From positions 1 to 64,000 of the forward strand of contig CAVVJT010000006.1 in assembly GCA_963748625.1 (NCBI GenBank): 64,000 nucleotides of DNA, written 5' to 3'. Position 1 is the first letter of the stretch, and every line of letters starts with the position of its first letter. Below, piece by piece: positions 11,128 through 20,477 of the stretch. Position numbers and translations under genes: made by a program. The stretch is from an uncultured Chloroflexia bacterium (GTDB lineage: Bacteria > Chloroflexota > Limnocylindria > Limnocylindrales > CSP1-4). Below the pieces are notes generated by a model. It was not told the DNA's origin, did not search any database, and saw nothing but the letters and a program-made list of their open reading frames with translations.

Positions 11128-11197
11128 AAGTTGCCCGGAGTGTCGCGCCCGTGGCGCGTCGACCCATGGGGCGAGGGGGAGTGTACCCGACCTCGGG

Positions 11198-11245
11198 CAG
11201 GGGCCGGGTGCCGCAGGGGCCGGGTGCCACAGGGACTGGTACCCC
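11198..11245. repeat. Three tandem 16-bp imperfect direct repeats between tRNA-His and the CAP gene
   Basis: caggggccgggtgccg / caggggccgggtgcca / cagggactggtacccc. Confidence 0.6.
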
Positions 11246-11353
11246 GGGCGGGTCCGGCCGGGACCTTTGCGGCGGAGAACCGGGGGCGGCCGGGGCCTAG
11301 GGTGTGGGCAGGTCCGGAATCCCCCGGGCACCTTGCGAGACGCCTGCACCCGC

Positions 11354-12451
11354 ATGTTCCGGTTCACGCAGCTCCATCATCGTCCCGCCCTGCACCGAGC
11401 GACCCGGCGCGTCGCCGTCGCCGTCGCCTTGGCCGTGGCGCTCAGCTCCTCCGCCGGGCTGTACTTCGCCCCCGTCGTCCACGGGTGGGATGAGAACACG
11501 ATCAGCTCCGGCTCAGAGTCGCAGCTGATCACGCTGCAGAACCAGGCCCGGGCGTCGGGCGGCCTGCGGACCCTCAAGCTCGACACGGCGTTGCGTACGA
11601 TCGCCCGTTGGCGGACCAAGGACATGGTCCAGCGGGACTACTTCTCGCACACCATCCCGGGCTCCGGAACAGACCACAACGTGTTCTGGTACATGCAGCA
11701 CGAGTACAACTACTGCTTCAAGGTCGCCGGGGAGAACATCGGCCAGGCAACCTGGCCGGGCGCGTCCGAGGCGGACGTGACCGCCTACGTCTTCGACATG
11801 TTCATGAACTCGTCCGGCCACCGCGCCAACATCATGGGCAAGGCGTGGGACGTCGTGGCCGTCGGGGCCTACCGCGCCACCGGCGACCACTACGTCTGGA
11901 CGGTGCTGTTCGCCGACAAGTGCGCAACGGCACCGCCGCGACTAGCGACTCCGAAGCCAACCCCGCAGCCCACACCCAAACCGACCGCTGACCCTCCAGC
12001 CAACCCGACCGCCGGCCCGACCGCCGGTCCGACGCCCAAACCGACTCCCAAGCCGACGGCGAAGCCCAAGCCCACGCCCAAACCGACTCCCAAGCCGACG
12101 GCGAAGCCCAAGCCCAAGCCCAAGCCCACCCCGCGGCCGACGCAGCAGCCCGCGCAGCCACCGAAGGTCGCGACGCCGCCGCAGCCCACGGCCTCCCCGG
12201 TCCCATCGCCTACCCCGAGCCCTACCCCGAGCCCCACGCCGAGCCCCACGCCGAGCCCCACGCTTCGGCCCAAGCCCACCCCGTCCGCGAGTCCGGTGGC
12301 CGTCGTGCCGCCCGTGGTCCCGGCACGACCCGCGGTCTGGAACGCGGGGAACCTCCCGGCCGGCGGCCTGCGGGTGACCGACCAGCCCACCGGACAAGGG
12401 CTCGTGGACTCCATCCTCTCCGCGGTGTCGGCCCAGTTCTTCGGGTGGTGA
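11354..12451 (+). CDS. Secreted CAP (SCP/PR-1) domain protein with a long Pro/Thr/Lys-rich tail
   Basis: Signal peptide; [32 protein letters not shown]; PTPK and PSPT repeats. Confidence 0.88.
   Translation: MFRFTQLHHRPALHRATRRVAVAVALAVALSSSAGLYFAPVVHGWDENTISSGSESQLITLQNQARASGGLRTLKLDTALRTIARWRTKDMVQRDYFSHTIPGSGTDHNVFWYMQHEYNYCFKVAGENIGQATWPGASEADVTAYVFDMFMNSSGHRANIMGKAWDVVAVGAYRATGDHYVWTVLFADKCATAPPRLATPKPTPQPTPKPTADPPANPTAGPTAGPTPKPTPKPTAKPKPTPKPTPKPTAKPKPKPKPTPRPTQQPAQPPKVATPPQPTASPVPSPTPSPTPSPTPSPTPSPTLRPKPTPSASPVAVVPPVVPARPAVWNAGNLPAGGLRVTDQPTGQGLVDSILSAVSAQFFGW
12035..12262 (+). repeat. Coding tandem repeats: a duplicated ~42-bp [14 protein letters not shown] unit and 12-bp PTPS repeats
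   Basis: cccaaaccgactcccaagccgacggcgaagcccaagccc occurs twice; cc(t/c)ac(c/g)ccgagc occurs about four times. Confidence 0.75.
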
Positions 12452-12542
12452 GGCGCCGGCCCAGGCCGGCATCGCGTCTTCGGGTCCCAGCCGCACCCGG
12501 GACCATCGAGCCCCTGACCGCACCGGACCGCACCGCTACGGT

Positions 12543-13388
12543 ATGGATCACACCGCCGCAGCAGGGAGCCCGACCAGGCTCATGACGCAGACCGCACCGG
12601 CCCCCGACGTCGCTCCGACGCAGGACGGAGGCGCCACCCCGCCCATCCTGGAAGCCCGCAGCCTCACCAAGCAGTACCCCATGCCCGGCGAGACGGTGGA
12701 GGCTGTGCGAGGCGTCTCGCTCGCCGTGGCGTCCGGCGAGTTCGTGGCCCTGATGGGCCCGTCGGGCTCGGGCAAGAGCACCCTGCTCCAGCTCCTGGGG
12801 GGCCTGGACCGGCCCACGTCCGGCGAGGTGCTCCTCGAGGGCGAGGACATCAGCCGGCTCTCCGACGACCAGGCGACCCGCCTCCGCCGCGAGCGAACCG
12901 GGTTCGTCTTCCAGTCGTTCAACCTGGTCCCGCTGCTCAACGTCGTCGAGAACGTCGGTCTGCCGTTCACCATCGCCGGCCACGACCCCCGGAGCGGCGA
13001 CGTCGCCGCGCGCATCCGCGACGCCATCACGCTGGTGGACCTCACCGGCAAGGAGCGCCACAAGCCTGAGCAGCTCTCGGCCGGCGAGCAGCAGCGCGTG
13101 GCCGTGGCGCGCGCCATCGTCACCCGCCCGGCACTCCTGTTCGCGGACGAGCCCACCGGGAACCTGGACTTCCGGACCGGGCAGGACATCCTCGACGCCC
13201 TGTGGCGGACCTGCGTGGAGCGCGGCCAGACGATCGTGCTCGTCACCCACGACGCCAAGGCGGCGGCCTACGCGGACCGGGTGCTGGTGATCGGCGACGG
13301 AACGATCCAGGACGAGATCGTCCTGGGACGCCGTGCAGATCACGCCGCGGCGCCGCTCATCGCCCGTCTCGCCCAACTGGGTCTCTAG
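12543..13388 (+). CDS. ABC transporter ATP-binding protein (LolD/MacB family)
   Basis: GPSGSGKST, GFVFQSFNL, LSAGEQQRVAVARA, LFADEPTGNLD, VTHD; alternative start at 12582. Confidence 0.93.
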   Translation: MDHTAAAGSPTRLMTQTAPAPDVAPTQDGGATPPILEARSLTKQYPMPGETVEAVRGVSLAVASGEFVALMGPSGSGKSTLLQLLGGLDRPTSGEVLLEGEDISRLSDDQATRLRRERTGFVFQSFNLVPLLNVVENVGLPFTIAGHDPRSGDVAARIRDAITLVDLTGKERHKPEQLSAGEQQRVAVARAIVTRPALLFADEPTGNLDFRTGQDILDALWRTCVERGQTIVLVTHDAKAAAYADRVLVIGDGTIQDEIVLGRRADHAAAPLIARLAQLGL

Positions 13389-13397
13389 CCGCCCGCC

Positions 13398-15950
13398 ATG
13401 CGCGGCTTCGTCCGGTATGCCTGGCGCGGGCTGGTCGCGCGTCCGGCCCGGAGCGTCCTGACGATCTTCGGGATCGCGATCGGCGTCGCCGTGCTCGTGG
13501 CGGCCCTCGCGACCGGGGCGGGGCTGGATGCGTCGATCGAGCGGACCGTCGCGTCCATGGTCGGCCGTGCGGACCTGCGGGTCGCCGCGTTCGCGGAGAC
13601 GGGGCTGTCGGACACCAGCCTGCAGGCGCTCGACGCCGTGCCGGGCGTGGCCCTCACGGCACCCGCGATCGAACGCCGGTCGTTCATCGGCTCGGCCCCC
13701 GGACGCCCGATCGTCACGCAGCCCGTCACCGTCCTCGGGATCGACCCGGCCCGGGAGCCCCGCGTCCGCGACCTCGTCGTCGTCCGCGGTGCACCGCTGT
13801 CCCCAACGGGAGATGCCGGCGCCCTGGTGACGGAGGGCCTCGCGGCCACGGAGGGCCTCGCCCTTGGCTCGGAGATCTCGATCCTCGGCGCCGGCGCGCC
13901 GGTCAGGGTCTCCGTGACCGGGATCCTCGCGGGCGACGGACCGGCCCTGGGCTCCTCTGGCCGCACGGTCATCCTGCCGATCGCGACGGCCCACCGGCTG
14001 CTCCTGGCAGACGGGGAACAGCCCTCCGATCACGCCCTGCACGGCATCACGCGGGTGGACATCGTCCTCGCGTCGGGCGCCGACGCCGACGCCGTCAAGG
14101 GTGCCATCGAGGACGCGCTCGTGACCGAGCCGTATGTGCTCTCGGTCCCGGGCGACGTCGCGGCGTCGATGCGCGCCGGCACGGCCGACATCCGGGCGAT
14201 GATGGCGCTGCTGGCGTCGATCACGCTGTTCGCTGCCGCCTTCCTCGTGCTCAACGCAACCTCGATGACGGTCGTCGAGCGGATCCGGGAGCTCGGCCTG
14301 CTGCGCGCGGGGGGCGCGACCCGGGGCCAGCTTGTCCGGATCGTGGAGGTCCAGGCGCTGCTGCTCGGCTCGGCCGGCTCGCTCCTCGGGGTTGCCGGCG
14401 GCTGGGCGCTGGCGCTGCTCGTCGCGGCATGGCTGGGTGTGGTCGGGAGCGTCACCCTGGACGCGCCCGAGCTCACGGCGCCGGTCCTGCTCGCGGGCCT
14501 GGCCGTCGGAATCCTGGTGACGCTGGTCGCCGCCCTGGAGCCCGCCCGCCGGGCCGCCTCCGTGAGCCCGGTTACCGCCCTTCGTGCGCGCTCGGACGCT
14601 GCTGCCGGTGCGCGCTCGCGCATTGGCTGGCTGATCGTGGTGGTCATCGCCGTTGGCGCGATGGCGATCCTCCTGCTGCCCGTCACCGCCGCCTCGCCGA
14701 CGGGGTGGGCGCTCGCGGTCGCGATCTACGCCCTCATGCTGCTCGGCGTCCTGGTGACCCCGGCGCTCCTCGGCCCGCTGGGGCACGTGGCCGGCCTGCC
14801 CTTCCGGTTGGGGTTGCGGCTCGAGGAGCGGCTGGCGCGCGCCGCCCTCGCGCGCGATCGTGCCCGGACCACGCTCACGGTCGGCACGCTCGTTGTCGGC
14901 CTCGCGATGGTCGTCGCCCTCGGCGTCGTCGGCGCCAACGCCCGCGTCACTGCCACGGCCTGGCTCGCCGACGTCGTCCCCGGTGACGAGATCCTGACCG
15001 CGATCGCGGCCGCGCCCGTCGGCGACGGCGGCGTGGACGAGCAACTCGCTTCCCTGCCGGGCGTCGCCCTCGCGACGCCGCTCGCCAACTTCGACCTTGC
15101 CTTCGAGGGCTCCCGCCTCGAGGCCACGGCCATCCGTGGCACCGACTTCGCCGCCGACGGCCGTCTCACGTTCACGGCCGGGGATCGTGCCGCCGCCCTG
15201 GATGCCCTGGACGAGGGGGGCGCCGTCATCCTGCCCCGGGCCCGGGCGCAGCGCCTGGGACTCGGCCTCGGTGATGTGCTCGCCGTGGTCGGGGCCGGTG
15301 GTCCCGTTGCGCTGGAGGTCGCGGGCATCGTTGAGCGCTCGTTCCCCGGCCGCACCGGCGAGGCCGTGCTGGTCGGCTGGCCCGATGCCGAGGCCGCGTT
15401 CGGCGTCATCGGAGCGGACGCGTTCGCGATCCGCTACGTGTCGGACGCACGATCGACCGCCGCGCCAGCCGTGGCAGAGCTCGCCACGTCCTACGCGCTG
15501 ACCGTCGCGCCGATCTCGGCGGTGGAGGGTGCGCTCGGGGACGCGCTGGACCGCGTCTTCGGGCTGCTCGACCTGCTCGCCGTCGCCGCCCTCGTGATCG
15601 CGGGCCTGGGGATCGTCAACACGCTTTCGATGGACACCTGGGAGCGCGTCCGGGAGCTGGGCGTGCTCCGTGCCGCCGGCATGAGCCGCCGCCAGGTGTG
15701 GCGCAGCGTCCTCGTGGAGGGCGGGATCCTCGGGCTCATCGGCTCCGTGGTGGGGTCGGTGACCGGGGTTGCCGTGGGGATCGTGCTGGTGGCGGCGTCC
15801 GGCGGGCGAATCGACGTCGGCATCCACCTGCCGTTGCCGACGATCGCCGTCGTCCTCGTGGTCGGCGTCTCGCTGGCGATGCTGGCGGCCGCCCAGCCTG
15901 CGCGGATCGCCGGACGGCGGTCCATCGTGAGCGCGGTCCGCGGCGAGTAG
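13398..15950 (+). CDS. ABC transporter permease (duplicated MacB-periplasmic/FtsX domains)
   Basis: RSVLTIFGIAIGVA; two ERxRELGxLRAxG motifs; many transmembrane segments. Confidence 0.9.
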   Translation: MRGFVRYAWRGLVARPARSVLTIFGIAIGVAVLVAALATGAGLDASIERTVASMVGRADLRVAAFAETGLSDTSLQALDAVPGVALTAPAIERRSFIGSAPGRPIVTQPVTVLGIDPAREPRVRDLVVVRGAPLSPTGDAGALVTEGLAATEGLALGSEISILGAGAPVRVSVTGILAGDGPALGSSGRTVILPIATAHRLLLADGEQPSDHALHGITRVDIVLASGADADAVKGAIEDALVTEPYVLSVPGDVAASMRAGTADIRAMMALLASITLFAAAFLVLNATSMTVVERIRELGLLRAGGATRGQLVRIVEVQALLLGSAGSLLGVAGGWALALLVAAWLGVVGSVTLDAPELTAPVLLAGLAVGILVTLVAALEPARRAASVSPVTALRARSDAAAGARSRIGWLIVVVIAVGAMAILLLPVTAASPTGWALAVAIYALMLLGVLVTPALLGPLGHVAGLPFRLGLRLEERLARAALARDRARTTLTVGTLVVGLAMVVALGVVGANARVTATAWLADVVPGDEILTAIAAAPVGDGGVDEQLASLPGVALATPLANFDLAFEGSRLEATAIRGTDFAADGRLTFTAGDRAAALDALDEGGAVILPRARAQRLGLGLGDVLAVVGAGGPVALEVAGIVERSFPGRTGEAVLVGWPDAEAAFGVIGADAFAIRYVSDARSTAAPAVAELATSYALTVAPISAVEGALGDALDRVFGLLDLLAVAALVIAGLGIVNTLSMDTWERVRELGVLRAAGMSRRQVWRSVLVEGGILGLIGSVVGSVTGVAVGIVLVAASGGRIDVGIHLPLPTIAVVLVVGVSLAMLAAAQPARIAGRRSIVSAVRGE

Positions 15951-16063
15951 CCCGAAGCCGGTCTCTCCCGGGACCGCGACTGCCCGGAACCGCTGCACGC
16001 CGCCAGTGACTTGGTAGACTCCGGGCAGCGCTGGCGCTCTGCCGCCGGCCCACGAGGGAGACC

Positions 16064-16708
16064 ATGTCCTACGCGATCCCGTCGCTCAGCCGGCTGCCCG
16101 TCGCCGAGAAGGGCCTGGTGATCGCCGACTTCCTGGTCCCCGTCCGCGTGGGGGAGCGCACGTCGCCCCGCCTCCGCAACATCGGCCTGGTGATTGCCGG
16201 CGCGCTGCTGATCTTCCTCACCGCGCGCATCTCGGTCGTGATCCCGGGCAACCCCGTGCCGTTCACGATGCAGAACTTTGGCGTGCTGGTCGTGGGTGGG
16301 GCGCTGGGCCTGCGCCGCGGTGGGATGGCCGCAATCCTGTACGTCGCCCTCGGGGTGATCGGCCTCCCGTTCTTCGCCGAGGGCACGGGCGGCATCTCCG
16401 TGATCTGGGGCGCAACAGGCGGGTATCTCATCGGGTTCGTGGCCGCCGCAGTGCTCGTCGGGCGGCTCGCAGAGCTCGGGTGGGACCGCCGGCTGGGCGG
16501 CGCGACAGGCGCGACCCTCCTCGGCACGGCCGTGATCTACGCGATCGGGGTGCCCTGGCTCGCGGTGACCACCGGGATGTCCGCCGCGGAGGCCATCGCG
16601 ACGGGGTTGCTGCCATTCCTGGCCTTCGACATCGTCAAGGCCCTCGCGGCCGCGGTCGTGTTCCCGGCGGCGTGGTGGGTGGTCGGGCGGCGGCCCAGCG
16701 ACCGCTGA
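16064..16708 (+). CDS. bioY: Biotin transporter BioY (ECF S-component)
   Basis: PVPFTMQ, GLPFFA, GATGGYLIGF; hydrophobic; GGAG Shine-Dalgarno and tggTAGACT -10 at 16015. Confidence 0.92.
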   Translation: MSYAIPSLSRLPVAEKGLVIADFLVPVRVGERTSPRLRNIGLVIAGALLIFLTARISVVIPGNPVPFTMQNFGVLVVGGALGLRRGGMAAILYVALGVIGLPFFAEGTGGISVIWGATGGYLIGFVAAAVLVGRLAELGWDRRLGGATGATLLGTAVIYAIGVPWLAVTTGMSAAEAIATGLLPFLAFDIVKALAAAVVFPAAWWVVGRRPSDR

Positions 16709-16739
16709 CGGCCGCGCCTGGCCCGGTCGGTCCGGCACG

Positions 16740-17567
16740 GTGAGGCGCGGGATCGCCGCAGCCTTCGCGATCGCGGTCGCGGTCTCGATCGCGGCATGCG
16801 CACCGGTCGCTCCGGTGCCGAGCGTCGCACCGACCGCCCCCGAGGGCCTCGACCCCGGCCGTCCGCTGATCATCGTGGACGAGCTCGGCGGGCCGACATC
16901 GATCCCCGATACCTGGGACCCGCGGTCGGCGACCCTGTACGCGGACGGGACGCTGGTCGCCTCGAACCCACGGAGCGGCACGATGCTGTCGACGATGTCG
17001 ACGGGGCTTGCCGGTGCTGGCCTGGACGAGGCCTGGGCGACCGTGGCGGGCACGGGGCTCGCGGTCGACCGTTCGCTCGAGCTGCCGGGACTGGCCGACG
17101 CCGGCACGACGCGGATCCGGACCGACGACGGCACCAGGCGGACGGAGCTGCTGGTCTACGCACTCGGCTTGGACCCGGTGGACGGCGCGGCCTTCCCGCT
17201 GGACGAGCTCGGCCTGCGCGCGAACGCGTCGTGGGCGATCGGGCGGCTCCGCGAACTGGCCGGCGTCGTGCCCTGGGCGCCACCCGCGCTGCTGCTGTGG
17301 TGGGGGCCGTACGAGGACTTCCCGGGCGGTGCCGTCGCGCCGCGCGTGTCCTGGACGCCGGCCGTCGACCTGGCCACGGCCGGCGCGCCCGCGGCGACGC
17401 CGGTCTGGTCGCGATGCGCCGCCGTCGATGGCGCGGCGGCGGCCGACGTCGCGGGGTTCGCGCGCGGCGTCCCGCCGGGCGTCGTCGTCGAGCAGGCCGG
17501 GATCAGCTACGCCATCGCAGTCCGTCCGATCTACCCGGACGAGCTGGGCTCGGTCGCCTGCCCGTAG
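16740..17567 (+). CDS. Hypothetical lipoprotein
   Basis: Signal peptide ending IAAC (lipobox); ATLYADG and LADAGTT motifs; high GC3. Confidence 0.7.
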   Translation: MRRGIAAAFAIAVAVSIAACAPVAPVPSVAPTAPEGLDPGRPLIIVDELGGPTSIPDTWDPRSATLYADGTLVASNPRSGTMLSTMSTGLAGAGLDEAWATVAGTGLAVDRSLELPGLADAGTTRIRTDDGTRRTELLVYALGLDPVDGAAFPLDELGLRANASWAIGRLRELAGVVPWAPPALLLWWGPYEDFPGGAVAPRVSWTPAVDLATAGAPAATPVWSRCAAVDGAAAADVAGFARGVPPGVVVEQAGISYAIAVRPIYPDELGSVACP

Positions 17568-17580
17568 TTCCCGGTCGGCC

Positions 17581-18189
17581 TCAGTCGTCGTCCGCGAGCG
17601 CGCCCGCCAGCGCAGCCTCGAGCGCGGCCGTCCCGGCGAGCTGCGGTAGCGGGATCAGCGGCGCGGGTTCGTCCTCCCGCGGCCCAAGCTCGAGCGCGAA
17701 CCAGTCCACGCCGTGCCAGCCTCCACGCTTCCAGCCGATCGCCTCGAACCCCCCGATCCGCTCGAACCCCAGCCCCAGGTGCAACGCCACTGAGCCCTCG
17801 TTGGGCAGCGTGATCCCGGCGACGACGAGGTGGGCGCCCTGCACCCGGAGGATCGCCAGCACGGCGTGCATCGCGACCCGCCCGAGACCCCGGCGCGTGA
17901 ATGCGCGGTCCACGTAGACCGCGGTCTCCACGGTCCAGTCGTAGGCGGGGCGCTCGCGATGACGGGTCGCGTACGCGTACGCCCGCACGGCGCCGGCCAC
18001 CTCCACGACCACCCACGGCGTCCCCTCGATCGTCCGCGCGATCCGGGCGCCCATCTCGACGCCGTCGGGCGGCGCGAGCTCGAAGGAGATCGAGGTGTCC
18101 GTCACGTACGGCGCGTAGATCGCGGCACATGCGGGCCCGTCGGCGGGTGTGGCGAGGCGAAGGCGCAGCCAGGCATCGGGCGACGGCAC
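17581..18189 (-). CDS. GNAT N-acetyltransferase (phosphinothricin/YncA-MddA-like)
   Basis: AIYAPYV, ISFE, RPAYDWTVETAVYV, RRGLG, PNEGSVALH, GWKRGGWH; start GTG at 18189. Confidence 0.88.
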   Translation of the reverse strand: MPSPDAWLRLRLATPADGPACAAIYAPYVTDTSISFELAPPDGVEMGARIARTIEGTPWVVVEVAGAVRAYAYATRHRERPAYDWTVETAVYVDRAFTRRGLGRVAMHAVLAILRVQGAHLVVAGITLPNEGSVALHLGLGFERIGGFEAIGWKRGGWHGVDWFALELGPREDEPAPLIPLPQLAGTAALEAALAGALADDD

Positions 18190-18197
18190 GGGTGACC

Positions 18198-19622
18198 TCA
18201 ACACAGGGTTGGGAACCGGGCTCGCCAGCCACGAGCGAGGTCCAACGGGGTCGCGGCGTCGAGGGCATCCAGCAGCGTCCGGGTGTGCACGAGCTGCCAG
18301 CGATGGTCGGCGAGGTAGCCGCGGAGGGCCCCGAAGAACGCGGCGCTGCCTATCTTCCGCCGGGCATCGTCGAGGAGGTTGCCGCCCTGGATGTAGATGC
18401 GCTCGTAGTAGCAGCCGGCCGAGTAGGCGTAGATCGCCTTGTCGAGGGTCCCATGCGTGCACCGGGATCCGCGCCGGGTGCCGGTGAGGTAGCGGGCCAC
18501 CATGTCCGTGATCGCCTCGTCCGCGAACGGCTCGCGCGCCTGGTCGTTGCCCACGAGGCCGTAGAACCACTGGTGGGCGATCTCGTGCATCAGGAGGTAG
18601 CGGAGGTTCGAGTGCGCCACGCCGGCCGGGATCCAGACGACCCCGGGGCCCTCCATGCCCAGGCCACCCGAGGACTGCACGATCCGCAGGATCGGCCAGG
18701 GGTAGGGGCCCAGCTTCGCCTCGAGCTTCGTGACGGCGTTGACGGCGGCGTCCATGATCGCGGCCGAGGGCTCGCCGGGGCGGGTGTGCACGCGGATGGA
18801 CGTGTCACCGACATCGCGGATCCGGGTCCGGTAGTCGCGCGCGGCGTTGACGACGATGTCCCGCACGTTGGCCAGCGCCCAGGTCGTGGTGCGGCCGTCG
18901 GCGGAGATCGAGGTGCGCCTCCCGTTGACGACCACCTTGAGCGGAACGTCGGTGCGGAGCCGGAGCGTGGCCCGGGGGCTCACCGGCGTGACGAAGGGAT
19001 CGCCGAAGTTGGGCCGGGCGAAGGTGGTCGTGCGGCTGATCCAGGGCACCCAGCGGTACATGCTGGTGATGCCGTTGGCACGCGTGAACAGCCACGTGCT
19101 CCCACCGGTGGTGGAGCGCAGGGTGGCGCCGAACGGGACGACGACCGTGGCGCTCCCACCGGCCGGCAGGACGCCGCCCAGCGGGACGGTGATGGTCTGG
19201 CCGTTGCGGGTGGCCTTCACGGCCCGTCCGTCCACGGTGACCCTGCCCAGGGCGAGTCGGCCGAGCGGACCCATGACGGTGTTGAGGCGGAGACGGTCGA
19301 TGCCCGCGCCGGAGTCGTTGCGGGCCGTGATCGTCACCGAGCCACGCAGGCTCCGGGCGGCGACCGCCAGGCGGGCGTCGACGGCATAGGTGGCCGCGAT
19401 CTGCATCGAGCTCCGGTTGACGCTGCCAGGCACGATGGCCGTGAGGGCGTCTGCCTCGCCCCGCGTGCCAGTCCCGCCCCTGGCGACCTCGCGGCCGGCC
19501 TGGAACGCGACGTGCGGGCTGATCGCCGCTACCGGTCCGGGCGCGAACGTGGCCAGGATGGCGACGGCCAGGGTAACCGGCACGAGACCCGCGACGCTGC
19601 GCCGGACGATAGAAGCGTGCAT
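18198..19622 (-). CDS. Secreted M1-family (gluzincin) metallopeptidase
   Basis: Signal peptide; GMEGPG; HEIAHQWF followed by a downstream Glu (HExxH-x18-E); ERIY. Confidence 0.87.
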   Translation of the reverse strand: MHASIVRRSVAGLVPVTLAVAILATFAPGPVAAISPHVAFQAGREVARGGTGTRGEADALTAIVPGSVNRSSMQIAATYAVDARLAVAARSLRGSVTITARNDSGAGIDRLRLNTVMGPLGRLALGRVTVDGRAVKATRNGQTITVPLGGVLPAGGSATVVVPFGATLRSTTGGSTWLFTRANGITSMYRWVPWISRTTTFARPNFGDPFVTPVSPRATLRLRTDVPLKVVVNGRRTSISADGRTTTWALANVRDIVVNAARDYRTRIRDVGDTSIRVHTRPGEPSAAIMDAAVNAVTKLEAKLGPYPWPILRIVQSSGGLGMEGPGVVWIPAGVAHSNLRYLLMHEIAHQWFYGLVGNDQAREPFADEAITDMVARYLTGTRRGSRCTHGTLDKAIYAYSAGCYYERIYIQGGNLLDDARRKIGSAAFFGALRGYLADHRWQLVHTRTLLDALDAATPLDLARGWRARFPTLC

Positions 19623-19705
19623 CACCGGGATCGTACCTCCGGGGCGTGGATGTCACGCGCGGCCGAACGCCCGCCGATCGCGGATGTGCCGGTCCCGGGA
19701 TTCGG

Positions 19706-19792
19706 GGGCCACCGGGCCCGATCCAATCGGCCCGGGCCGAGGCGCCCTGATCACGGCGGGCGTGGCCCCCCGGATTCGGGGCCCAAGGGCCC
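19706..19792. promoter_or_regulatory. Three GGGCC-N4-(G/C)GCCC palindromes resembling DosR/NarL-family boxes
   Basis: GGGCC-ACCG-GGCCC (19706), GGGCC-GAGG-CGCCC (19734), GGGCC-CAAG-GGCCC (19779); boxes 1 and 3 lie in a direct repeat ggattcgggggcc. Confidence 0.45.
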
Positions 19793-19845
19793 TCCCGGCC
19801 GTCAGCCGGTCGATCGACGATCGCTGCAAGCAGCAGGGAGTGGCC

Positions 19846-20397
19846 ATGGGCGACCAGCGAGTGCTCGTCGCGTTCGCGAACCGGGCGGGATCAACCGCCG
19901 GGATCGCCGGCGCGGTCGCCACCGTCCTTCGCCGCGCCGGGTTCATCGTGGACTGCCAGGTCGCGTCCGAGGTCACGGACGTCACCCCGTACTCGGCCGT
20001 CATCCTGGGCAGCGGCGTGTTCGTGCCCAGCCGCCGGTCCGATGGAGGCGGGTTCCTGAGCCGCCACGAGGCCTCACTTGCGTCGCGACCCGTCTGGCTG
20101 TTCTGCGCCGGGCCTATCGGCCGGGGGCGGTGCCCCGCGGGTGTCGCTGCGGGCGATGCCGATGACTGCAGCGTCGTCCTGGTCGCCCGTGCAGTCGGTG
20201 CCCGTGGAGCGGCCGTCTTCGGGCCGATCGGCCTGCCGGCCGATTCAGATCCGCTCGAGAGCCTGGGCCCGCTCAACACCGAGCGCGTCCGCGCGTGGGC
20301 CGGGGAGATCGCCGATGAGCTGCGGGCGCCGGTCGCACCGCATCCCGCCGGGCGGCGGGCGCACCGTTCCTGCCGGCACGTTGGCGCGGCGTCCTAG
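19846..20397 (+). CDS. Flavodoxin-domain protein (Flavodoxin_5/HemG-like)
   Basis: VLVAFANRAGSTAGIA, YSAVILGSGVF, PVWLFCAGP, VRAWAGEI; GGGAG Shine-Dalgarno. Confidence 0.78.
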   Translation: MGDQRVLVAFANRAGSTAGIAGAVATVLRRAGFIVDCQVASEVTDVTPYSAVILGSGVFVPSRRSDGGGFLSRHEASLASRPVWLFCAGPIGRGRCPAGVAAGDADDCSVVLVARAVGARGAAVFGPIGLPADSDPLESLGPLNTERVRAWAGEIADELRAPVAPHPAGRRAHRSCRHVGAAS

Positions 20398-20477
20398 GCC
20401 GGAGCCACGAGATCGCCCGGGATAGCCTGCCGGGCGTGACAGCCTAGGTGGCACGGGGCAGGTCCAGGATCCGTGCC

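Noticed and set aside
11940-12290. Pro/Thr/Lys repeats (also about 31090-31350) as a contingency or phase-variation locus
   Set aside because: The units are multiples of three encoding ordinary low-complexity linkers, with no frameshifting tract.
12222-15998. Very long antisense and alternate-frame ORFs (for example 12222..15998-, 49618..53142-, 37526..39697-, and the 5' parts of 2169..6065+ and 9557..12451+)
   Set aside because: They are shadows of real genes in high-GC DNA: Arg/Pro/Gly-rich or mirror-codon translations with no family motifs, fully overlapping well-supported CDSs.
12543-16708. ABC ATPase and permease as the BioMN partners of BioY
   Set aside because: The motifs are LolD/MacB-FtsX exporter type, not ECF A/T components.
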